A stretch of DNA of 64,000 bases, taken from positions 620,001-684,000 of the forward strand of contig JAQGDQ010000053.1 of NCBI GenBank assembly GCA_030141605.1, in the 5' to 3' direction. Positions 51,901 through 63,099 of this stretch are shown in pieces; the first letter of the stretch is position 1; each line of letters starts with the position of its first letter. This DNA comes from Tubiluchus corallicola (taxonomy: Eukaryota > Animalia > Priapulida). Made by a program: the position numbers and the translations under genes. Under the pieces are notes generated by a model. The model searched no databases and was not told where the DNA came from. It saw only the letters and a list, made by a program, of their open reading frames with translations.

Positions 51901-54900
51901 CAGTATAACCTTAGAAAAGCTTCTTTCATATGGGATTAAACATAACTAGTGGAACTATTTTCTATTGTTGTACATATATTTATAATTTGCATCAGTAGTA
52001 TGATTTTTTTTACTTAATAGGTCATTGCAGTTTGCACATTGTACCATGTAGGTAAAGATAAAAGGTAAAAGACAATATGACCTAAAAAGAAGCTTCTCTC
52101 ATACAGAGCCTGCCATAAGTGGTGGGGGCTATGAGCCATTTTCTATTACTGTACTTGCCATATACATCATAGTTATACCCTTCCACTGGCATTTCTCGTT
52201 ACAGAGAACAGTTTTTTTTTGCATATTGGCATAAATTTTTGAAAATGCTGTGCTTGTGTTTATTATGTCATACAGGGTAATAATTTGGTGTCCCAATTTC
52301 TTTAATAACCTACCTTTCAAGTTTGGTATCAAAATTTAATTAATTGTGGATTAGTAACGTCATTAACAGTAATCTTGACACGAAGATCATAATAATTAAT
52401 TAATCAACCACTGAATTTGGTTGGGCAGCTATAAGGCATTAACTTTGAACTGTTTTGACAACTGGGAGATGCAGTGGCCTAGTGGTTAAGGTATCTGCAA
52501 TGTAAGCAGAAGGTTACCTCCAAAAAGCTGCATCCCAACTTTTTGTCATTAACTGTCTTTCAAATTCGGTATCAAAATTTAATTAATTGTGGGTTTGTAA
52601 CATGACTAATAATAGTCTTGACATTGAGATTATAATAATTAATAAAAAGCTGATTACATTTTTACGTATGCTGATTTATGTTTTACTTTCTCGTAATAAT
52701 ATTTTGGTTGATTAAAAAGTAGTACCCATACTAAATATAGCTCTTTTGGTAAAATATTGCTTTTTCTGTTTTTGTTGTTACGGTTGTCTGCATAATCACT
52801 AAGATTTACAGCATATTTTACATGCACATGTAATTCCACATTTTACAATTCTCTGGATAAATTAATGAAAAAACTTTTATTAACTCCTTGTTGCAGCTGG
52901 AAGTTTTAAAGTCAAGAAAAATAATGTGCTACTGTAATAGATTAACTTTCCCGTTGGACTAATGGAAAATATCACATTATTAGCTAATATTACAAATTTA
53001 TGGAAAGTTTAAAACTAGGCAAGTTTAGTTCTTATTTAATGGACATCACTAGATTATATTGTTGTGTAAAATTTTTCAGCTTCAAGTCGATCAGATAAAT
53101 CACTAAGCCCTGAGCCAGATAAACTATCAGAAAATCAAAATATGAATAGCGATGTCACATCAACTCCATTGACAGCTAGTGGAAGAAGTCTTTTTCGTCC
53201 TTCTGCACTTTCTGCTCATACAGCACATATTACACAGAAAAAAGGTAAAAAGATACATATTACAATTTTACTGATGTAGTCGACATTACTATTTGTAACA
53301 ATGTATAAACACTAATTTTATACATTTGCAGCAGAAACATATTTGTTGACAATAACTGCAAATAATTTTCTTCAAAGTTCAAGCCCCATGTCATTTCTAT
53401 AGAGTTACTAGCATTTAGCTAGAGTATTATGCAGTGATCTTGATAGAGGTGGGGACTTCAATTTGCAAAAGTGTAAATTTACGAAGAGGAATTTAGACAT
53501 ATATTCAATACTGGGACCTGACATAAAAACTTGCTCGGTGCAATGCTTCTGGGCAGTTTTATAATGTAAAACTCGATCTTTTGTTTGTACCAGGCCCTGG
53601 TAACAAAGAAAACCGAGACAAATTAGTAGAGAAGTTGATGGCTTCATGTGAGAAGTCTGTGGGCAAATTGGCTGACAAAACCTCAACGAGCAATGGAGTC
53701 AGTGTAACAACGGAAAACTATTTTCTACCCAGCCGGGACTCTGGAAAAGGGTAAGCTCGCTTAGAAAAGTGGCACTGTTGTGCAACACTTTTAAGATAGA
53801 TAAAATTGACAGTGGTTTTATCAAGTAAGGTTATTACTGAAGATTCAAAAACAGTTTTGAAGGTTCAAATCAGAGGATATAGATTTTGCTTTCAGATTTA
53901 TTGATACTAGACAGCACTAGTTAAGCTACTGGTGCCCGTTTGTTTATCATAATAAATGTTTTTTTATGTTTTAGTGATGACAAAAATGGATTTGTGTTTG
54001 GTCAGAATATGGATGAAAGAGTTGTGGTACTTATTTTTTCAATTATATATCTTTTTTAATCAAAAAGCATGTGATGCACGTGTAACCTCTAATTTTTATC
54101 ATTTTGTTTTATGGGCATAAATTTGTGAAAAAGTAAGTTGCAGGGCTGTTCAGTGACTTATTTGACAAATAGCTTATAAATGTGAAAAAGCTTATGTGGA
54201 TTTATTTTTGTTAATAAATATGAAGAAATCTATGTTTAGCTATTTTTACCTAACACTTGATTTTTTTTGTTAATCATATGATTTTGAGACATCTCTTCTG
54301 GAGAAATTCACATCTCTTTTTCACATATGAAATCTGCAAAGTAATTCAAGTTATTAATTCACAACACAATAACGTGAAATTGAGAGTTTAAAGTTAATGA
54401 TTTAAAAAGCCTTGCATGGGATTAGCGAAATTTACATAAAATGGGAACTATAGTATAATCCACTTATAACGAGCCTCTGGTTATTACAAGGAAATTTCAA
54501 AGTCCCACCAAATTTTGTAATATATTTAAGCCTTGCTTACAACGAGCTTCGATAGTACGAAATCTTGCTTATAACAAAGGAATTTTCCCGCTCCGTGATT
54601 GTATTTACCCTGCATATAACGAGCACGAGTTCTAAAACAGTGAGCAAATGGGCACCTTTCTGCAAAAGTAAAAAGATCACGGTGCACTGTGACACCTAAT
54701 TTATTAATCACACTTGTAAAATGTAATGTTATGTGTATCAAATACAACACAATCATGCAGACGTGCTGGTGAGTCAACTCACAATCTACAAGCACTGCTG
54801 TACACACTGCAGTCAAAATAAATTGAGCACGATGATTACAGAAAAACAACCAGTTTGTCAACAAGTTAGAAAATTATCAGACGACAGTCAACTTGATAGC

Positions 54901-57900
54901 TCCTTGAATAAAGTGGTTCAATTTTTACGTGAAGCAGTGTTTAACATGAATTTTGTTAAATAAACTGTTCTGCTTTGCAAAATTCTGTAATGTATTGCAC
55001 AATATATTGCCTTAATAATAGAAATGTTGAAGTTTAAATGTAGTTGCTGAACAGTGGCACTCATTAAAAATCTTGTCCCAGTCTCAAAAAAGTGCTCTTT
55101 TCATCTTTACATCATACCAGCCTTATAAGCTTCATTTCTGTATTTCAATGAGACAAGTGACCTCAGCTATAACGAGACTCGGTTATGGCGAGCAAATATT
55201 TTGATGGTCCCTTGAAACTCGTTATAAGCAGATTATACTGTATTTGTTAAGATGCATACTAAAATTTGCACTTTACTGAAGCGAACTTAAAAATAAATGT
55301 AAATATAAAAAAGTAAAATTGTTTGAAGCACCTGTTTTAGCAACAACATTGATGATCAAACACAGCATTACCGAGCCATTAATTTTAAACTATCAATTTG
55401 ATATTATTGCATTATGAATTTTTTACTTGAGTTATCTTGCAGTTTTAGAAGAAGAGATTTGAATGTCTCGAAACAACATTATCAATAAAAGATATTTTAA
55501 GCTGCATGCCGTTGTTCATTGATGAATTATATACTGACAACCTGATCTTTGTTATGAAATTTATATATTTTCCTTCATTTTTATACTTCTAAATTATGTT
55601 CTGCTGAGGATTTTTGAAGAAACTATGTGAAATCTGTTTTGCCGTCAAATTAGAAATAAAAGCGAATCGTAAATTTTGTCCCAGTTTAGTAAATATTATT
55701 GGGTAGCCATAAAAAGTGTGGGGATATTTGTAAAATCCGATGCAATTTTTCCAAATTTTTCCAGCTTTTATGTTCGACTGTTTTTTATAGAATGCTCCAC
55801 CCACAGAGTCAGAAGAAAGCGCTGAAGAACAGGAAACTGAACAGAAACAAGAAGGATCTAACCAAACTGTGGTTCACACTGATAGTTCCAACATTGAAAA
55901 GAATGGTATGTACAAGTTCCATTTTGGTACAGGTCAGCTCTTACAAGTTATAACTTGGCATTGTTAAAGTTGTAATAAGTATTTCAAACACACAGAAATC
56001 ATTATTTTTGTCAGCTTAGATGAGTTGTCTTGTTTTAAAATGTTAGTTCTTCATATAGTTCTACAATACCTAATGAAAGATGTGTATCGAAACTACTGTG
56101 ACATTTAGCGGCATTCATTATTATTTCATTTTCATTTTGCTGATGTTCATGTAACAGTGACCTCTGCTCCGGGTTGCGTGAAATAATTGTTACAATATGA
56201 TATGCATTGGAGCTCGTTAGGATTTGTAACATTTTTAGCTAACAAAAATGAAATTGACCATATCTGTATTAAACATATTTACTGTGCTAGCTTATCAATG
56301 TGAACATGCAGATGCTGTTACAGAAGTAAAAAGTCCACGAACTCTAGCAGACTCGGCTAGAGAATACGAAGCTCGTCACACCAAACCGCAGTACGAAGAA
56401 GTTGAAGTTATTACTGGCGAAGAAAATGAGTCAAATGTTTTGCAGGTTTGTAACACTTCGTTTTTTGCAGTAGTTTAGGTAACTAATCTAATTAACTAAT
56501 CTAACCAGTCCTGTGTTTTTTTAATCATGTCGAAATTTTTTTTTAAATTTTCTTGAGACCGTAGCCAAAAGCAGTTGCAAAGAGTTAGCAGTTGTTTTCT
56601 TAGTTTGTGATGGAAATCATTGTTGTAGTTTTTTTGTGGACAGTGTATTTATATATAGTTTTAGTTATGTATATACTGCCATAATAATTTAATACCCAGC
56701 CATTAAAAGGATTCGTAAAAAGTATGAAGTTTGTAGCCCAAGCGTTTGTCTCTCTGACATTCAGCCCCTACAACCTTATTCAATACATGCAAGTGTTCAA
56801 ATGTTCTGCCATCATGTCTGCCCATTTTTTGTGAGCACAGCTACATTCTGCCCAGACCTTAAGGGACAACTGTTAAGTTGTAAGAACACATGTATGGATT
56901 CTTGTTAGAACACATGTAGGAGCCTAGTATATTCCTGATAGATATTGCTTTAGAAAATATTGTTTAGTTCTATTTTGTGCCATATTTACAGCATCCATTT
57001 TTCTAAAAATTTGTCACATTCTATAAACTGATTCTTGTAAGTTTTTAACAACTAGATTAGGTTGGTTAATTGTTTCATTTCACTGGACTACTTGTGGCCT
57101 TTGTAATGAGTAATTAGGGGCATCACAATATTACAATAGGTAAAAAGTGATTGCAAAACGTTTTTTAACGAATTAGCATTTGCCGGGTAACCTCTATTTT
57201 TTAAAGCTTGTATCACAAACAGTAATATTTAATTTCTTTTTTAGCTGCACGCAAAATTGTACCTTTTTGACGTGGACAAAAAGTCATGGACAGAAAGGGG
57301 AGCTGGCTTAGTTAGACTGAATGATATGCGATGCTCTGAGGAGCAAGAGTTTCAATCCAGGCTTAGTTAGTAGATTATTATTATTTGTAACTCAAATGTT
57401 GACAAGTCTGTAAAAAATATTATGCATTTTAACCACAATTAGTTTTACTGTACTGATCTTTCTTATAAGTAACTATAATTATTAAACTGATTTTACTGTT
57501 TTAGTACCATTGTTCGAGATTTATGATATTTAATTGGTGTCTTTTCCAGTTATGAGATCACAAGGAAGTTTACGTGTCATATTGAACACAAAAATTTGGT
57601 CAGCTATGACAGTTGACAGAGCAAATGAGAAATCAATAAGAATAACAGCCATTGATGATGATAGACCAAAAGTGTTTATAATTACAGTAAGTCAAAACAT
57701 TTTGGGACGCCTTCTGTATGAAAAGTTTAATATTAACTCTGACCCTCGTTAGTTTTCTCAAAGTGAAGCCACTGCTTGTGCCCTTAATGAAAATGGTACC
57801 AATGGTGTCATTTATGTGGTACCCTTGGAAAAGTCAGCTAGCTTTTAATCGTTCATTTGGGTAGAATATACATGAAATGTTAATTATCTAGCTTTCTCTC

Positions 57901-60900
57901 TTCAGCTTAATTTATTGACTTCTGTCAATAATGAATATAACATACTATGTTTGTTTTGTCCACGTCTTATTTTGCTTGATAGCATGGTTTTTGGCATGTG
58001 CACATAAACTCCTGTTATCAAAGAAAAATGAGGCTGGTCACTATTAATTTGTTAAGTGAGGCCTACTACCTTCAAGTAGATTAAAGGAAAACAGAACAAT
58101 TTTTCAAGTTCTATACTGTTTTGATGTACGGTAAAACTTTACATGTTACTACCTATAATGACAAAGTGTTCTGATAATTTGATAATAGCTTTAGAAACTT
58201 AACGGGCAGTGAGTGCACCTAGAATAAAAAATAACTGAACGTAATATTCTAACAACAGAAACACTCCAGGAACAAGTTGCAAATCTTTGTGAAAATGAAA
58301 ATTGAAGTGCAGTGCTACTGTGGGACACTAACTATGATATACACCAACTCGGCAAATTTTAAGTTTAAAAATTTTAATTTTGAATTTACTGCTGTGCCTA
58401 CACTTGATTTCAAGAGTGTTTGTCACATCACAACTGATACGTGTCCTTTCGATCAGGTGCAATTGCTATTTTTATGCAACATGTTTCCGTGATACAGGCA
58501 CTGTTGTCCATCAAACTAGAAATGGTGCAATGCATGCAACAGTGAAAAACAACTGCACAAGCACGAAACTAGGTTCAAACTGTAATAATTCTTTCACACC
58601 AGTCATTCTTAAAAAACATTTTCCTTTTTAATACTTCATATGCCTGGCCATATTATCTCATGGTTTAAAACTAGGTCCCATTTTCCTTTAAACATTTTGG
58701 ACAGTAAATATTAGTTGACTGACAATGCTAACTTAAGTAGTACCCAGTATATAACCATAGTCATTATTGTTCGATAGTGCCTGTAATGTTTGTTAGAGTG
58801 TTTAATCAGTATTGTTCTGTATTGTTTCATGGTTTGGCATAAAATTCTTTCATCTGTTCTGTTACAGGTTGCTCCGAAAGATGCTGATCAGCTATACAGT
58901 GCAATTGAATCACGTATACAATCACTAAAACTGAAGGAAGTTACAAGAAAGGAACTGAAGCGGGAGCGAGAGCCAGAGGAAAGGACCTCTGTTCGTTCAC
59001 CTGAAGCCACACCGTGCATGAAACGAGCAAGAACTTCACTTGATTCACCTGCGAGGACCGATTCTCTTACACCTACTACTGATGTACTGGAAGAGTCAAA
59101 TAGCAGTTTACCAGATACGGAAACCGAAGGTTAGTATAACAACTAAAAAATAGGTTTCCAAACCAAGAGAGTTAATTGGTAGGGATTTTACATATTGCGC
59201 AACAGGTTGTTAAATTTGTTCCCATTTCATGTATATTGCACATCTCCAGCATCAAATAATCACAATATTAATACGTTTTCTCTGTGTATGCACTTACTGT
59301 TTATTTTTCTGTGATTACGTGGTACTGGTTTATAAGCTAGTAACCCACTGCTACATTGGGACTAGTTTATTAAAATTCATATTTATATTCATATTTAGGA
59401 CTAGTTTATTAAAATTTGCAGTGTTTTCTTAAAGCTAAAGAAAATTTTCATCATGTTAGCTAAATATTTTCGAACTAAACTGTATATATCATTCTGGCTC
59501 ACCGTAGGTGAAAAAGAAACTAATTTCAGAAATAGTTGTATAGGATTGACATAGATAAGTATTAAACAAAAACAATAGCTAGAAATAGATAAATAGATTC
59601 TATGTCGCAAATATAAAGAGGAAAAAGAAACATATTTGTCAGTTGGATTTTGATATAAACAACTGTTTCATACAGAACTAATTTATTAACATTATCAGGA
59701 AACGTCATATGTCAAATCCACATAGTAACAATTTTGTTTGTTCATTTAATCTAAGATTTAAAAATGAACATGTAGCAATAATTACTAACATTCATAATAA
59801 AAGATAAATGTTAGTTAATAAGACTTGTCTGATATACATTGCAGTAAAAAATGAGTGGTAGTTTCCACTGCTAGACCACAATTTGAACAGACAGGTGAAG
59901 GCGATAGATAACGTAGCTATAATTATTCATTTAGAGCACTAGCACCGAGTCTTAAACAACACGTCGAAACAGCAGGGTATAGTGGGCCAGAAAAATAATG
60001 GGCTTTAAAGACACCTGATACATCTAAAGCAGCTTCGTATTGTACTCGTTCAATAGCTGTAGAGCAGCCTACTATGCAATTTCCCCAGATAGTATCACAA
60101 TACTCTAATAATGGTTTGATATACAACTTGTACAACTTATTTAAAGAAATACGATTTAAGGCAAATTTTACTTTTCTCAGTGGATTTAAGCATTTGGAGG
60201 CGTTAGCCACAATTTGGGAAATACGAGGTTTCCTTGAATACCATTTGCCCAGAGTTTTGCTAGAAGCCCCTTGTGCCAAACACGATCAAAAGCCTTAGAT
60301 ATGTCCAAGAAAGGTGACCGAGCTTCATAACCTGAACGAAATACTTGATAAATAAAGTGAACTATACTTAGAGGAATCGCTAGGTACAAAGCCTGACTGT
60401 TTAACAGATAATAAACTATTATGAATAAAAAATTATATGTACTTTTAAATATTATTTTTTCAAATACTTTTGATGTACTTGAAAATAGAGATGCGAGGTG
60501 GTAATTAGAAACGAAATAACATTCGTCTTTTTTGTACAATGGCATAACATTTGCATGTTTCCATATGCTAGTAAAACAGCTTTAGAAAGTGACAAGTTAA
60601 ACAGTTTAGCCAGAGGTTTACAGAAAATTAGTGTAGACAGTTTAAGCATTTTTTTACTAATTAAATCTGGTCCGTTTGCTTTGGATGCATTTAAAAAAAG
60701 AAAGGTGCCTTTGACATCTGCATCAGTAATAATGTCGGATAAAAAAAGCTGTGGTTAATTTATCTAAGCCATACAGTTTCTGTTGTAATATTTGTTACTG
60801 TGTTTAATTGGTTACAATTCATTTTGAAAATACATGCTCCGGAATATATTTTGCTGGACTAATATTTATAATCCCATGTTAGGTTTCAGAGATATAAAAA

Positions 60901-61184
60901 TAGTTATATGTTTTGTATATAAAAATAGTGAAAGTTGTTGTATGTTTTATAAAGATGGTTCTTGGCAGTGTTGTTTCTTTGTGCTTACACTCCCTGATTA
61001 CTTTGTAGTATCAAATGATAGTCTAGGATCTGGAAGACTGGCTCCACCTTCAACTTCAACGACTTCCGCTGATACAACACCAAGTGATTTTACACCTGAA
61101 AAAGTTGCCTCTGATTCAGTTGCTGATGGAGCGTCGTTAAAGCCTCGATCAGAGTCATCAGATGTTGCCGAGCCATCAGAATGA
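45974..61184 (+). CDS. RANBP3: Ran-binding protein 3-like (CRM1 export cofactor), whole gene, 13 coding exons, about 554 aa
   Basis: join(45974..45994 tentative,49465..49624,49886..49969,50506..50565,53080..53244,53594..53750,53975..54026,55791..55905,56291..56445,57245..57365,57550..57686,58868..59129,61009..61184); phases consistent, total 1665 nt. Contains KPLIAPP, FVFGQNM.ERV and a RanBD of RANBP3 type. Confidence 0.88.
46284..46345. promoter_or_regulatory. Promoter-like motif cluster near RANBP3 5' end
   Basis: GGCCCA, GC box GGGGCGGAGC (46312) and CCAAT (46337) within 60 bp. Confidence 0.4.
46530..47230 (-). mobile_element. CR1-like LINE fragment (RT C-terminal region)
   Basis: WSRERQMPINTDKWKTL..KDIGAYVDNKLLFNQH; ILYKTFVRPILDYADVIWNP..MEFIQCTATKLVP; frameshifted. 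Confidence 0.85.
47745..48960 (+). mobile_element. 5'-truncated non-LTR retrotransposon with A-rich tail
   Basis: DLQKAFDKVHYCRLF, SNGVRQG, HLGHVL, YYGSQSW, AWNVAVRKLWNLP in broken frames; ends aataaaaaaaaaa(ta)n at 48931-48957. Confidence 0.88.
49465..49624 (+). CDS. RANBP3: RANBP3 exon (N-terminal extension)
   Basis: WGTSSPDNSEESSSSNGAAPTYLKPSQFGKDRSQAFPTTYPPQPVNIFAAMQS; only one open frame; good splice sites. Confidence 0.7.
49886..49969 (+). CDS. RANBP3: RANBP3 exon
   Basis: GTTNPFAAKFHQNTPGYADSSCDSLSGE; phase 1 to 1. Confidence 0.75.
50506..50565 (+). CDS. RANBP3: RANBP3 exon (KPxIAPP motif)
   Basis: DESKPLIAPPTFQANKLSAA resembles vertebrate RANBP3 N-terminal EEKPAIAPPVF. Confidence 0.85.
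51490..52160. repeat. About 171-bp tandem repeat, 4 diverged copies
   Basis: ataggtcattgcagtttg...aaaagctaaaaaagacaatatgacct...ccataagtagtggaactattttctatt; anchors at 51506, 51678, 51845, 52019. Confidence 0.9.
52291..52643. repeat. About 110-bp direct duplication flanking a SINE head
   Basis: ctttcaa.tt.ggtatcaaaatttaattaattgtgg...tcttgaca...ataataattaat at 52291-52402 and 52533-52643. Confidence 0.8.
52464..52515 (+). mobile_element. Truncated tRNA-derived SINE head
   Basis: A-box TGGCCTAGTGG and stem-loop TCTGC-aatgtaa-GCAGA; no T-arm/B-box or acceptor 3' strand. Confidence 0.6.
53080..53244 (+). CDS. RANBP3: RANBP3 exon
   Basis: ASSRSDKSLSPEPDKLSENQNMNSDVTSTPLTASGRSLFRPSALSAHTAHITQKK. 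Confidence 0.85.
53594..53750 (+). CDS. RANBP3: RANBP3 exon (NYFL motif)
   Basis: GPGNKENRDKLVEKLMASCEK...TTENYFLPSRDSGK; GG|GTAAGC donor. Confidence 0.85.
53975..54026 (+). CDS. RANBP3: RANBP3 exon (FxFG motif)
   Basis: GDDKNGFVFGQNMDERVV. Confidence 0.92.
54451..55240. mobile_element. Tigger/pogo-like MITE in RANBP3 intron
   Basis: TA + TAGTATAATCCACTTATAACGAG ... CTCGTTATAAGCAGATTATACTG + TA (TA TSD, about 23-bp TIRs); 790 bp; same family as 28655-30720. Confidence 0.85.
55791..55905 (+). CDS. RANBP3: RANBP3 exon (acidic linker)
   Basis: NAPPTESEESAEEQETEQKQEGSNQTVVHTDSSNIEKN. Confidence 0.85.
56291..56445 (+). CDS. RANBP3: RANBP3 exon (RanBD start)
   Basis: TLADSAREYEARHTKPQYEEVEVITGEENESNVLQ; alternative in-frame acceptor at 56312 possible. 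Confidence 0.9.
57245..57365 (+). CDS. RANBP3: RANBP3 exon (RanBD)
   Basis: LHAKLYLFDVDKKSWTERGAGLVRLNDMRCSEEQEFQSRL (W.ERG.G signature). Confidence 0.95.
57550..57686 (+). CDS. RANBP3: RANBP3 exon (RanBD)
   Basis: IMRSQGSLRVILNTKIWSAMTVDRANEKSIRITAIDDDRPKVFIIT. Confidence 0.95.
58868..59129 (+). CDS. RANBP3: RANBP3 exon (RanBD end and tail)
   Basis: VAPKDADQLYSAIESRIQSLK...PCMKRARTSLDSP...ETE; AAG|GTTAGT donor, or read-through to TAG at 59132-59134. Confidence 0.9.
59900..60750 (-). mobile_element. CR1-like LINE fragment with internal deletion in the RT
   Basis: KANGPDLISKKMLK..PLAKLFNLSL, WKHANVMPLYKK, FLDISKAFDRVWHKGLLAKL joined directly to LYKLYIKPLLEYCDTIW..ERVQYEAA; FADD region missing. 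Confidence 0.9.
61009..61184 (+). CDS. RANBP3: RANBP3 probable last exon
   Basis: ctttgtag acceptor, phase 1, VSNDSLGSGRLAPPSTSTTSADTTPSDFTPEKVASDSVADGASLKPRSESSDVAEPSE*. Confidence 0.8.
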
Positions 61185-62909
61185 CTTTCAGCCATGTCAG
61201 CAGTGATACATGTAACATCACTTGCCATTCTGCTTCATTTGATAATGAAAATTCGCAATTCACAACAGTCTCATTAGTTTGTTTAAGCTTAGTACACTAG
61301 AACATGAACAAAACATCACGAGAACACTTGGAACTGCTTGTGCATTATCTTTGCAAATCTTTATACATTTATTATATCTATAGTTAGATCAGTTATTTTT
61401 GGAGTCAGCACACGAGATGCATTAAATTAATTTTTGAAGTCAGTTACATGTGACCCATTAATACTACTGTAATCAAATATACTTATTTAAATAGCGAGTT
61501 CTGTGCCATAAATGTCTTTTATCCTCATTTATGATTCCGTATATCTGATTATCATGAAAACTTTGGTTTATTTAAAACTGTTACACAGAAATCTTATCTG
61601 AAATTCACAAAACTTTTGCATTTTTGATTGGACACATTTAAAGTAATAGCTTAGTGTTTCTTAGTGGAATCTTAATTGTCTTATTGATGATGTTTGCATA
61701 ACATCTGAACTATGGATTTTTAACAGAAACTCTGATTTAGCAGTTTTTCTGAAATGATAGTTTTTGAATATCTTGCACATTAAAATGTACTGACAAGTAT
61801 TCTATTGCGTTGAACGAACTGTTGTTTGAACTCAACTCATTTGAAAGTGTAATATTTTCATTATCATTATCATCAAGGTAGTGGCTTTATTGCCTGACTT
61901 GCTCCTATTTTTTTCTATTGTTTTAAGACAGTATTACTTAATGCAGATCTTGCATATTATTTAACACTTCACCAATAATTTGTCAATACTAAGTAATGAA
62001 GAATTATTTTGTAAGAAGCCTTGTCAAATTGATGCTTCGATTAGAACAATAAATTATTGTAGTCTGTTCTCATTGTGTATTTTCAGTAACAGTAATTGTT
62101 CGTTATATGATATTGTAAATACTGTATTCTACGAAAAAATAATTCATTTTTATGTGAATTTAAATAGACCAGCGCTATGTAGACTTAGGATTGTAGTAAT
62201 AATAATAATAATATTGTATTATAATAAAGCACTGTACAAGTTTATAGCAAATGTGACTCGTAAGTAAAGTGTGGCTTTTATTATATAAAAGGATTTGGCA
62301 TTCACTTAGTTTTAGAGATACTGTAAAAAATTTACTGCTGAAAATAATCAGTATATAAATCCTGTAGAGCTTTTCACTGATGTACGGCATCGGAAATAGA
62401 TACGGTCATTTTGATCAGTCTCTAGATCACGTTACTGTAACTGTAGTGTTGTCACTAGGTGCTTCTTGTATTTGGTGTAAATGTTATAATAGACATGAAA
62501 TCTCATTGGTGATCCATCATTGGTTCAGATTCTCAAGAAGATACTAGCATGGATACTAAGATAACCTTATTTTTTTACACAATTTAGTGTATTATGCTTT
62601 CATAGTGCTTTATGAATATTTGCTTCCGAGTACGATTTTCAGGACATTTTGCTGTTGATGTGATGTATAAAATTATATTGTCGTACTAAATACATCTTCA
62701 TTGTCAAGAATCTACCAAGTCTCAGTAATTTCAGTTTGCCAAGTTTAATCTTAAATTACTCTTGTGAAAGAATTATTGTTATTTTGGGTATTTGTATTAA
62801 CTAATAAATGCCTAAAGAAATTTTCAGTTTCTGTAGTGCCTTTTGTCACTTTCTGAGAAATTCTTGGTTTATGCGCTTTTGCATTGCTAAAGGTGCAAAA
62901 CTATTTCAT

Positions 62910-63008
62910 GGAAAATTCAGACCAAAAAATGATAACATACATTTGAAATTTTTATTTTGACGGAAAATTTAGACCAAAAAATGATGACATACGTTTGAAA
63001 TTTTTGTT
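62910..63008. repeat. 52-bp tandem duplication
   Basis: ggaaaatt(c/t)agaccaaaaaatgat(a/g)acatac(a/g)tttgaaattttt at 62910 and 62962. Confidence 0.88.
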
Positions 63009-63099
63009 ATCTGTACCTAAATACTCTAAATGCAGACAAAAGTGCCGTGCTAATGCAACCTTTATCATCATTATCATTCATTCTACACAAATCCGAAGA

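Noticed and set aside
25731-52160. CRISPR-like interpretation of the tandem arrays
   Set aside because: Units repeat in full without unique spacers; eukaryotic context, no cas genes.
52464-52515. tRNA gene
   Set aside because: No T-arm or acceptor 3' strand and no U33; treated as SINE head.
52897-52936. Candidate RANBP3 exon AGSFKVKKNNVL
   Set aside because: Good acceptor, but no phase-compatible donor before an in-frame TAA.
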